Source of the DNA: Burkholderiales bacterium
Lineage (GTDB): Bacteria; Pseudomonadota; Gammaproteobacteria; Burkholderiales; SG8-39
Reading direction: 5' to 3'
Length of the DNA stretch: 54,732 nt
NCBI GenBank assembly: GCA_052172655.1
Contig: JBQMQE010000004.1
Coordinates: forward strand, 1-54,732
The position numbers and the translations under genes were made by a program. Under the pieces are notes generated by a model. That model was not told the DNA's origin, did not search any database, and worked only from the letters and a program-made list of their open reading frames with translations. Shown here one piece after another: positions 9,004-16,845 of this stretch. The stretch's first letter is position 1. Every line of letters begins with the position of its first letter.

Positions 9004-9678
9004 TCAATCGCCGGCGGGTGACTTGAGGCGTTGCTTCAACTCCGTCACTGCGTTTTCCAGCTCGGTTACTCTGCGTTCCAGCAGGTCCATGCGTCCGCCC
9101 TCGGCGTTCGCGCCCTGCGCCTGCTCGGCTATGCCCTCCCGGTTTTCCATTTCCCCGGCGCCGGCGAGTTCGCCGCTGAAGAGATGGGCGTAGCGCGATT
9201 CGCGCTTGCCCGGTTCACGCGCGAGGCGTATCACGTAGGGGCCGTCCTCGCGCGAGGCGAGGCCCATGAGGACCGTTTCGACTTCGCTTACATCGCCAAA
9301 CCGGCACAGCCGGCTCGCGCGGCTGCGCAACTCCCCCGGCGTCTGCGGGCCGCGCAGGAACAGTTCGCATATGATGCCCAGTTCCTCGGGCGAGAACTTC
9401 AACGTGCCGAATGTTGTATTGCAGAACAGATGCTGGAACTTGGGCACGCGGTTGCCATAGCCGCTTTGCTCACTGACCAGGCGTTTCTTCGTCAACTGAT
9501 CGACGAGCTGCTGCACCGTGGCCTCGTCCAGGTCCAGCACCGGGTCGCGGTTGCTTTTCTGGTTGCAGGCGTTGGTGAGAGCGTTCAGGGACAGGGGGTA
9601 CTGCTCCGGGGTGGTGATTTCCTTTTCGATCAGGCAGCCGATTACGCGGGTTTCGTGCAGGGTGAGATCTAGGTTCAT
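9004..9678 (-). CDS. yceH: YceH / DUF480 (UPF0502) family protein
   Basis: [48 protein letters not shown] and RESRYAHL motifs. Confidence 0.93.
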   Translation of the reverse strand: MNLDLTLHETRVIGCLIEKEITTPEQYPLSLNALTNACNQKSNRDPVLDLDEATVQQLVDQLTKKRLVSEQSGYGNRVPKFQHLFCNTTFGTLKFSPEELGIICELFLRGPQTPGELRSRASRLCRFGDVSEVETVLMGLASREDGPYVIRLAREPGKRESRYAHLFSGELAGAGEMENREGIAEQAQGANAEGGRMDLLERRVTELENAVTELKQRLKSPAGD

Positions 9679-9731
9679 GTTGGTGACCTCGGGGATGAAA
9701 TTCGCAGAATGTTCGGAGCGTGAGTTGAAGT

Positions 9732-10973
9732 TCAGTGGCGCGACGTCTTCAGCGCCGCCGAGAGCAAGACGGCCGCCGCAGCCAGTGCGGCCGCCATGTA
9801 AAAACTGGATGAAAAACTGCCGGAGCGCTCGGCCAATACGCCGGCAATGGCGGGCCCGCTGATCTGACCCAGGCCGAAAATAAGAGTGATGAAACCCAGC
9901 GCCTTGGGCGTGTTCTCGGGCCCGGCATAGTCGCCCACGGCGGCTGCCATGATCGTGGGTATGCTCCAGGCGACCAGCCCGTAAAGGAATATGGAAAGAT
10001 GAAGAAACATTCCCGGCAAAGCGGAAGCGACCAGCAGATAGGCCAGGAACTGGATGGAAAACACAATGACCATACCGGTCTTTCTGCCCAGTCTGTCGGA
10101 TATGGAACCGAACACCGGCCCGGAAAACAGGCTGAGAAAACCAACCACGGACCAGAAATTGCCGGCCAACGCCTCAGACAGGCCCCGCTCCTGCACCAGC
10201 GTCGTGACGATGAAGGTGGCGTAGATGACATAGGTGTAGCCGAAGAGGAAATAGATCGCCCCCAAATGGTAAATACCTTTGCTTGCGTAAATATTGATTT
10301 TTCCGCTGGCTGCTGCCCGCGCGCCGCCCGCGGCGCCGTGGCCGTTTTCCCCGGGCGGCGCGAGCCCGAGATCGGCGGGCTTGTTCGTCAAAAATATGAG
10401 GCACAGGAACGCTATCAGGACAACCATGGCCCCTAGGCAAAGCCAGCTAACGCGCCAGCCTTCCGCGCCGCTGGCGCGGTTGACGAAGGGAATGAAAAAG
10501 CCGGAAAAGATAATGGCAAGGCCACTGCCAGAGGACATATACCCCGCGGCTTTGCCGCGGTTCTTTTTCGCGAACCATGCCGATGCAAGGCTCAACATCG
10601 ACACATTGGCCCCACCGCTTCCTATGCCGGTGAGCACATACAGCGCCAGCAGCCCGGCAAATGCTTCCGACCTGCTCAGCAAGGCCATGGTCAGCCCCAC
10701 CAGCAGCAAGGAAAGAAAAATGAAATTCCGCTGCCCGATGCGGGCGACGATCATGCCGCTGAAAAACACCGAAACGAGATAGCCGATGAAATTGCCAGTG
10801 CTGATGAAGCCCATCTGCGCGTAACTGAGCCCCAGTGTGACCGCCATCGACGGCAGCAGCATGCCCAGCGCAAATCGGCCGAATCCGAGGCAGGCGAGGG
10901 TGCTCAACGCGCCCGTGGCGACAATGACCCAGCCGTAGTAAAAGGGCAGCCGGCTGAATGTCGGATTGATCAC
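9732..10973 (-). CDS. MFS transporter (YbfB/YjiJ-like)
   Basis: [34 protein letters not shown]; 12-TM pattern. Confidence 0.9.
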   Translation of the reverse strand: MINPTFSRLPFYYGWVIVATGALSTLACLGFGRFALGMLLPSMAVTLGLSYAQMGFISTGNFIGYLVSVFFSGMIVARIGQRNFIFLSLLLVGLTMALLSRSEAFAGLLALYVLTGIGSGGANVSMLSLASAWFAKKNRGKAAGYMSSGSGLAIIFSGFFIPFVNRASGAEGWRVSWLCLGAMVVLIAFLCLIFLTNKPADLGLAPPGENGHGAAGGARAAASGKINIYASKGIYHLGAIYFLFGYTYVIYATFIVTTLVQERGLSEALAGNFWSVVGFLSLFSGPVFGSISDRLGRKTGMVIVFSIQFLAYLLVASALPGMFLHLSIFLYGLVAWSIPTIMAAAVGDYAGPENTPKALGFITLIFGLGQISGPAIAGVLAERSGSFSSSFYMAAALAAAAVLLSAALKTSRH

Positions 10974-11109
10974 GCGAAAAATATAACATTGTTTCAGCCG
11001 GGCATTTGCCCGATTGAACGCGTTTTGGAGGCGGTTTCAGAATTGCCGAAACGGCGCCTGACTTATAGGGAGCATGAGGGAATGTTTCCCCCCGTTTGGT
11101 AATGAGCCC

Positions 11110-11397
11110 TCAGCCTCCGCCGCGGCGGAAATACATTTCGAAGCGCGCCATGAACTCCTCGATCTCCCTGGCCGAGTAGCCGGCGAAGTCGAAATCGAGT
11201 TGCTGGCGCTCTAGGCGGATCAAGCCCAGCCGCAACTGCGGCAAAGGCGCGAGGTCTATGCGCCAGCCGCGGCCGCCCTCGCGGTGCACGAACGCAGCGT
11301 CTACCTCGACGAAGGGAACATGGTTGACCGCGGCGGGCAGCAGGCGCCGGAAGTCTGCCCGCGTCGTGGTCATCTCGAAGTGCAGCGGCAGCTTCAT
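11110..11397 (-). CDS. aorE: 95-aa AOR-associated protein ending in RRGGG (AorE-like)
   Basis: Last gene of the aor cluster, ATG 11397, C-terminus FEMYFRRGGG. Confidence 0.7.
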   Translation of the reverse strand: MKLPLHFEMTTTRADFRRLLPAAVNHVPFVEVDAAFVHREGGRGWRIDLAPLPQLRLGLIRLERQQLDFDFAGYSAREIEEFMARFEMYFRRGGG

Positions 11398-11414
11398 CGG
11401 CTGGATCGCCGCGC

Positions 11415-11669
11415 CTATCCGCCGGCGATCGGCGGCCAGATCGCGAGCGTTTCGCCCTCGGCAAGCGCTCGCGTGGAGCGCACCGCGGGCGGCAGGAAAA
11501 TACCGTCGATCAGCACCAGATGACACAGCTTGCGCGGCAGGTTCTGGCTTTCTATGACCTGCGCCGCGGTGGTACCGGCGTCGAGCTCGAGTTCGAGTGC
11601 GTTGCTCTTGCGCGCTTCGTCCGGCAGGTAATCTGAAAGCGTGGCGTAGAGCTTGAGCGTGACCTTCAT
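11415..11669 (-). CDS. aorD: MoaD/ThiS family sulfur carrier (AorD-like)
   Basis: MKVTLKLYATL N-terminus and WPPIAGG C-terminus; ATG overlaps the aorC stop. Confidence 0.9.
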   Translation of the reverse strand: MKVTLKLYATLSDYLPDEARKSNALELELDAGTTAAQVIESQNLPRKLCHLVLIDGIFLPPAVRSTRALAEGETLAIWPPIAGG

Positions 11670-12913
11670 GCGGCTTTCTGCGCTGCCCCCAGATAGGCCG
11701 TCATGAACTGGGTCGGATCCTGCAACAGCTTCGCTTTCCATTCGCCTAACCGCACGCGGCCCTGGATCAGCCCGCGCAGCGCGCCCACATGTTCGGTCCA
11801 GCCGATGCTGGTGGCGCCGATCAGCACGTCATCCTTGAACTGCAGCGAAAGGTAGCGGTAGTTCGCCTCGTCCACCAGTTCCACGCCCTCGCCGCCCTTG
11901 GTGCCCTCCCACTGGCCGAACGAGGTCGAGATCAGCCCGAGCGTGTCGAGCACGTTGATGGCGAGGCTGCCTTGCGTTGCCGTTTGCGCGCCCGACATGT
12001 TGGCGGCGGCAACCCGCGCCTGGTCCGCCGCGTTGGGCTGGATCGCGTTGAGCTGCGGTTGGCCGGAATGAAAACCAGCGGCCTCGGTGACATCGCCGGC
12101 GGCGTAGATTCCCGGCACGCTGGTCTGCATGCGCGCGTCGACCAAGATGCCGTCGCCGACCTTGACGCCGCTGCCTTCGAGGAAGGCGATGTTGGGGCGC
12201 ACGCCGGCTGCGGCAATGACCAGATCGCATTCGATCGCCTGCCCGTTGGAGAGCTTGACCTGCATCGCTCCGGCGCTTGTTTTCGTGATGGCTTCGGCGC
12301 GGGCGTTGACATGAACCGCCACGCCCTTTTCTTCCACCCATAGCCGGATCAGGTTGCCGGCTGTCTCGGTCATCATGCGCGGCACCATGCGGTCACCCAT
12401 TTCCACCACGCACAGCTTGACCCCGCGCGCGGCCAGCGCCTGCAGAATAATGCTGCCGATGAAGCCCGCGCCCAATTGCACAACGCGCGCGCCTTTCTTC
12501 GCCTTGGCCGCAATCTCGCGCGCATCGGCCAGGGTCCAGCACGCATGCACGTTGGGCAGGTCGATGCCGGGTATGTCTGGCCGCAGCGGATGCGAACCGG
12601 TTGCGATCAGCAGGCGGTCATAGGCGAGTTTCTCCCCGTTGGAAAGCGTCACGCTGCGCGCTGCGCTGTCGACCTTTTCGGCGCGGGCAACGATCAGACG
12701 GATGTTCAGGCGCTCGTAGTGCCCCGCATCCTTGCGCAGGTGCGTCCCTTGTTCGCCGATCCCGCCGGTCAGCAGGTAGGGAATCGCCATGCGCGAATAT
12801 GGCGGTTCGTTTTCGTCGCCGACGAGAATGACATCGGCGGCGGGATCGGCGCGGCGCAAGGCTTCCGCAGCGACCACTCCGGCCGGACCATTGCCTATGA
12901 TTACGTGTTTCAT
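11666..12913 (-). CDS. aorC: FAD/NAD-dependent oxidoreductase subunit of AOR (AorC-like)
   Basis: IIGNGPAG, ATGS, GAGFIG and TSVPGIYAAGD motifs; downstream of the AOR catalytic subunit. Confidence 0.9.
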   Translation of the reverse strand: MKHVIIGNGPAGVVAAEALRRADPAADVILVGDENEPPYSRMAIPYLLTGGIGEQGTHLRKDAGHYERLNIRLIVARAEKVDSAARSVTLSNGEKLAYDRLLIATGSHPLRPDIPGIDLPNVHACWTLADAREIAAKAKKGARVVQLGAGFIGSIILQALAARGVKLCVVEMGDRMVPRMMTETAGNLIRLWVEEKGVAVHVNARAEAITKTSAGAMQVKLSNGQAIECDLVIAAAGVRPNIAFLEGSGVKVGDGILVDARMQTSVPGIYAAGDVTEAAGFHSGQPQLNAIQPNAADQARVAAANMSGAQTATQGSLAINVLDTLGLISTSFGQWEGTKGGEGVELVDEANYRYLSLQFKDDVLIGATSIGWTEHVGALRGLIQGRVRLGEWKAKLLQDPTQFMTAYLGAAQKAA

Positions 12914-12944
12914 GAAATGTCCCTCGACAAGAGCGCCGTCAGGA

Positions 12945-12979
12945 CGCGGAAGACGCAGAGTTCGTCTGCGTCTTCCGCG
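12945..12979. repeat. Perfect 15-bp inverted repeat (hairpin) in the aorB-aorC spacer
   Basis: CGCGGAAGACGCAGA-GTTCG-TCTGCGTCTTCCGCG. Confidence 0.85.
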
Positions 12980-13008
12980 CTGCGGGGCCTAGAGTTCATT
13001 GCAGCGGC

Positions 13009-13088
13009 GTAGGGTGCATTGGACCGCCAGGTCTCAATGCACCATCGATGTCGACAAGGGCGCAATGCGCTGCGCTATTGCGCCCTAC
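13009..13088. repeat. GTAG-type REP doublet (REPIN/BIME-like)
   Basis: GTAG-GGTGCATTG...CAATGCACC followed by an inverted unit GGGCGCAAT...ATTGCGCC-CTAC. Confidence 0.75.
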
Positions 13089-13131
13089 GTTCTGCAAGCC
13101 GTCCCGGATTTTTTCGGAACGGCTCGCAGGT

Positions 13132-14979
13132 CTAAAGCCTGAGCCGTTTCAGTGTTTCCTTGCTCGGCACGCCTTTTTCATCCCAGCCGCGTGCCTTGTA
13201 GTACTCCGGCCGCATGATATCGATGCCGCTGACCTTGCCTTTAGCCGGGCCGGTCTTGGCCGCTTCGGTCTTCAGCCGCGGCGGCAGGTCGTCGTCCTTG
13301 GCGGTAAAGCCGGCTGCATTGTTGAACAGGCGCTCCATGTTCCAGATGCGCTCGCCCACCGCAGTCAGTTTTTCCATCGACCAGCCGCCTTCGCAGGCCG
13401 CGTCCAGTTGCGGCTGCAGATCGGCCATAGTCCAGGCAAAGGTGGTGAATACGCAGACGCCGGCGGAATCGAACACCGAGGTCGCGTCCTGGAACGCCTT
13501 GACCAGATCGGCCTTGCCTTCGGTGACCAGCGGGTCGGTCTTGACCGGGATGCCCAGCACTTCGGAGGCGACGGTGTAGCCGCGCAGATGGCAGGCGCCG
13601 CGGTTGGAGGTGGCGTAGGCGAGGCCCATGCCCTGGATGCCGCGCGAATCGTAAGCGGGAAACTCCTGTTTCTTCACGCCCATGGACAGTTCGGGCTTGC
13701 CGTACTTGGCGCACAGCCGCGCCGAGCCCAGGCCCAGTTCCTTGCCGAACCCCTCGCCCTTGGCCGTCATCTGCGCCAGTTGCACCAGCGCCTGGGCCGA
13801 GCCGAAAGGCGCCTCCATGCCGATCTGCTCCTTCTTCAGGATGCCCAACTCGTACAGTTCCATCGCCGCGCCCACGGTGGCGCCAAAGGAAATCGGGTCG
13901 TAGCCGTCCTCGTTGCAGATCATGTTGGCGAAAGTCAGCGCTTCCAGGTCGCCGACGCCGTTGGCGGCGCCCAGGGCCCAGGCGGCCTCGTATTCGAGCC
14001 CGCCGGTAGCACCCCAGTATTCCGGCTTGTTGACCACGCTGAAGTGGGTTTCGTCCATCTTGGAAATGCGGCCGCAGGCGATGGTGCAGCCGAAGCAGGC
14101 GGCATTGGTGACGAGATTGGCTTTGCCGTCGGTCGGCCGCTTTTCGTGCATCGCCTCGGCGGAAATCTTGCGCGCGTCCTCGAACTGCACGTCGCGGTGG
14201 TTGCGCGTAGGCAGGGCGCCCATCTCGTTAATCACGTTCATCAGCACCTGGGTGCCGTAGGTGGGCAGGCCCTGGCCGGTGACGGCATTGTCGGCGAGCA
14301 CCTTCTTTGCCGCCGTCGCGGCTTTCATGAAGGCCTTGCCGTCCTTGATGGCGCCGGCGCCCTTGGTGCCGCGAATGGCAACCGCCTTCAGGTTCTTCGA
14401 GCCCATCACCGTGCCGACGCCGGAGCGGCCGGCGGCGCGGTGCAGATCGTTGACAACGCAGGCGTAGAGCACGCCGTTCTCGCCGGCGCGGCCGATGCTC
14501 GCCACGCGCACCTGCGGATCCTGGTGCGTCTTCTTGATGATCTCTTCGGTCTGCCAGGTTGTCTTGCCCCAAAGATGCGCGGCATCGCGCAGCTCGGCCT
14601 TGTCGTCCTCGATGGCGAGATAGACGGGCTTGGGCGACTTGCCCTCGAAGATCACCATGTCCCAGCCGGCGAACTTCATTTCCGCGCCGAAATAGCCGCC
14701 GGAGTTGGAGCAGGCGATGGCGCCGGTCAGCGCGCCCTTGGTGATCACCGAATAGCGCCCGCCGGTCGAGGCCATCGTGCCGGTCAGCGGCCCGGTGGCC
14801 ATGATCAGCTTGTTCGCGGGCGCGAGCGGGTCGACTTTCGCATCCACTTCTTCGACGAAGTACTTGGTCGCGAGGCCGCGCTGGCCCAGGTATTCCTGCG
14901 CCCATTTCATGTTGAGCGGCTCGGATTTGCACGTGCCTTTGCTCAGGTCAACGCGCAGAATTTTTCGTGTCCATCCCAT
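13132..14979 (-). CDS. aorB: Tungsten-dependent aldehyde oxidoreductase catalytic subunit (AorB-like)
   Basis: RAAGRSGVGTVMGSKNLKA, CFGCTIAC, GLEYE, DPIS, NRGACH and third Fe-S Cys in GVCVF; AOR family. Confidence 0.95.
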   Translation of the reverse strand: MGWTRKILRVDLSKGTCKSEPLNMKWAQEYLGQRGLATKYFVEEVDAKVDPLAPANKLIMATGPLTGTMASTGGRYSVITKGALTGAIACSNSGGYFGAEMKFAGWDMVIFEGKSPKPVYLAIEDDKAELRDAAHLWGKTTWQTEEIIKKTHQDPQVRVASIGRAGENGVLYACVVNDLHRAAGRSGVGTVMGSKNLKAVAIRGTKGAGAIKDGKAFMKAATAAKKVLADNAVTGQGLPTYGTQVLMNVINEMGALPTRNHRDVQFEDARKISAEAMHEKRPTDGKANLVTNAACFGCTIACGRISKMDETHFSVVNKPEYWGATGGLEYEAAWALGAANGVGDLEALTFANMICNEDGYDPISFGATVGAAMELYELGILKKEQIGMEAPFGSAQALVQLAQMTAKGEGFGKELGLGSARLCAKYGKPELSMGVKKQEFPAYDSRGIQGMGLAYATSNRGACHLRGYTVASEVLGIPVKTDPLVTEGKADLVKAFQDATSVFDSAGVCVFTTFAWTMADLQPQLDAACEGGWSMEKLTAVGERIWNMERLFNNAAGFTAKDDDLPPRLKTEAAKTGPAKGKVSGIDIMRPEYYKARGWDEKGVPSKETLKRLRL

Positions 14980-14991
14980 GGCTGTCTCCTT

Positions 14992-15471
14992 TTATGCGTT
15001 GGCGCGCGGTTGGGTGTCGGTCTTGCCGGCCCACTGCTGCATCTTGTCCAGGCCGGTCCAGTTCGCATCGACGTAGGTGATGGCGCCGGTCGGACAGGCG
15101 CTGGCGCAGGCCGGGTCGCCGCCGCAGAGGTCGCATTTCTGCACCTTGCCGGTCTCGGCGACGTAGTTCACCGTGCCGAACGGGCAGGCGATGGTGCATA
15201 CCTTGCAGCCGACGCAGGTGGCGTCGTTGACGACCTTGGCGCCAGTCAGCGCATCGAGCGTGATCGCATCCACCGGACAGGCGTGCAGGCACCAGGCCTC
15301 GGCGCACTGGGTGCAGGTGTAAGGCACTTTGCGCCCGGCGTGCTCGAAATTGAATACCTTGATGCGCGACTTGGAAATATTGAAGACGCCGTAATTCTCA
15401 TAGGAACACGCCATCTCGCATTGCAGGCAGCCTGTGCACTTGTTGGCGTCGATATACAGCGATTTCTGCAT
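14992..15471 (-). CDS. aorA: 4Fe-4S polyferredoxin subunit (AorA-like)
   Basis: CTGCLQCEMAC, CTQCAEAWCLHACP, CVGCKVCTIACP, KCDLC...CASACP; AAGGAG RBS. Confidence 0.95.
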   Translation of the reverse strand: MQKSLYIDANKCTGCLQCEMACSYENYGVFNISKSRIKVFNFEHAGRKVPYTCTQCAEAWCLHACPVDAITLDALTGAKVVNDATCVGCKVCTIACPFGTVNYVAETGKVQKCDLCGGDPACASACPTGAITYVDANWTGLDKMQQWAGKTDTQPRANA

Positions 15472-15552
15472 GGCCTGGTCTCCTTGTTGGTGTAGTTGTT
15501 GGCTGGGTCAAACCCGGTGATTTGCTGAATTTCTTCGAATTATGCAAAACTC

Positions 15553-15581
15553 AGTCTAGTGTGATTGAAGGAATCTGTAAA
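15553..15581 (-). promoter_or_regulatory. Sigma70-type promoter P1 of the aor operon
   Basis: Minus strand TTTACA-17 nt-TAGACT. Confidence 0.65.
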
Positions 15582-15629
15582 CGGGAATTCGGCGGTGATA
15601 TTTTGAACCGCGTCCACCTTTCTAAATTT

Positions 15630-15658
15630 AGTCTAATGGGATTGCAAGCGTCTGTAAA
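15630..15658 (-). promoter_or_regulatory. Sigma70-type promoter P2 of the aor operon (duplicate of P1, 77 bp upstream)
   Basis: Minus strand TTTACA-17 nt-TAGACT, hexamers identical to P1. Confidence 0.65.
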
Positions 15659-15860
15659 CGGGATTTCGGTGGAACATTGACCACCCTCCACTGGCCTCCT
15701 CTTGAAGTAAGCGCTAACCTGTGGAAATGTCAATGTGTCACTCCGGATTCAGCGCGGGCGGTACGCAATGCGCGCGGCATCGGCCGCAGCCGGCCTGCCG
15801 GAGCTTTAGGCCGGCCCGTCGCCGTCGGCTCGCGCTTCATCGAATGAATTGCTGCACCGC

Positions 15861-16682
15861 ATGAAAGCGCAAACTATTCTGGTCACCGGCGCCAGCGACG
15901 GCATCGGCCGCGAAACCGCGCGACAGTTGCTGGCGCTGGGCCACCGCGTGCTGGTGCACGGCCGCAGCCGGGACAAGGCCGAGCACGTCGCGCTGCAACT
16001 GGCAGAGGTGCAGGCCGAGAGCGTAGCGCTGCCCGTCTGGGGCGAGCTTTCGCGCATGTGCGAGGTCGTTGGGCTGGCGCAGCAGGTGCGGTCCCAGTGC
16101 AAGGCGTTGGATGTGCTGATCAACAACGCCGGCGTGCTCGAAAACGAGCGTCGCCTGAGCGCCGACGGCTTTGAGATGACCATGGCGATAAACCACTTCG
16201 CCCCGTTCCTGCTCACTCGGCTGCTGCTCGATCTGGTGCAGGCCGCGCCCGCCGGCCGCATTGTGAGCGTAAGCTCGATGGTGCACGCTTCGGGCAGTCT
16301 CGACTTGGGCGACCGCTCTTTCTTGCGCGCTCGTGGCGGCTACTCCGGCCATGACGCCTATAGCGCCTCCAAGCTGGCCAATGTGCTGTTTACCGCCGAG
16401 CTGGCCGGGCGCCTGGCCGGAACGAAGGTGACGGTCAACTGCCTGCACCCCGGCGTGATCGACACCAAACTGCTGCACGCGGGTTTCGCCATCAAAGGCA
16501 GCCCGGTCGAAGAGGGGGCCAGGACTTCGGTGTTTCTCGCCACGTCCGAGGCAGTAGCCGGGGTTAACGGTAAGTACTACGATCGCTGCCGCGAGACGCC
16601 TTGTTCCGCCAAGGGCCGCGACCGGGCCCTGGCGCGGGCGCTGTGGCAGGCGACTGAGGCGGCGCTGCTTGCCTTCCTCTGA
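15861..16682 (+). CDS. SDR oxidoreductase (retinol dehydrogenase/WWOX-like)
   Basis: TGASDGIG, NNAG, INHFAPFLLT, YSASK, LHPGVI. Confidence 0.9.
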   Translation: MKAQTILVTGASDGIGRETARQLLALGHRVLVHGRSRDKAEHVALQLAEVQAESVALPVWGELSRMCEVVGLAQQVRSQCKALDVLINNAGVLENERRLSADGFEMTMAINHFAPFLLTRLLLDLVQAAPAGRIVSVSSMVHASGSLDLGDRSFLRARGGYSGHDAYSASKLANVLFTAELAGRLAGTKVTVNCLHPGVIDTKLLHAGFAIKGSPVEEGARTSVFLATSEAVAGVNGKYYDRCRETPCSAKGRDRALARALWQATEAALLAFL

Positions 16683-16845
16683 GCTCGTGTCGCCGTTTGG
16701 CTTTTGAACCAATCTCCGACAATTGCCTTGCTGAAATATTCTGCGGCGCGCGCAGTATTGAATCCGCCAGCTCTGACAGGCGCCGGATTCTGCGCTAGCA
16801 TCTGCGCTATCTCCCCGTTTCGAAATGAGCCCTAAGGAAGCCACC

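Noticed and set aside
13048-15495. 815-aa ORF on the + strand
   Set aside because: Antisense shadow of aorAB; no motifs, and typical of high-GC coding DNA.
15480-15560. Sigma54 promoter for the aor operon
   Set aside because: TTGC is present on the minus strand but the -24 GG is missing.
15553-15672. Direct repeats considered as a mini-CRISPR
   Set aside because: Only two imperfect, non-palindromic copies and no cas genes; better explained as promoters.
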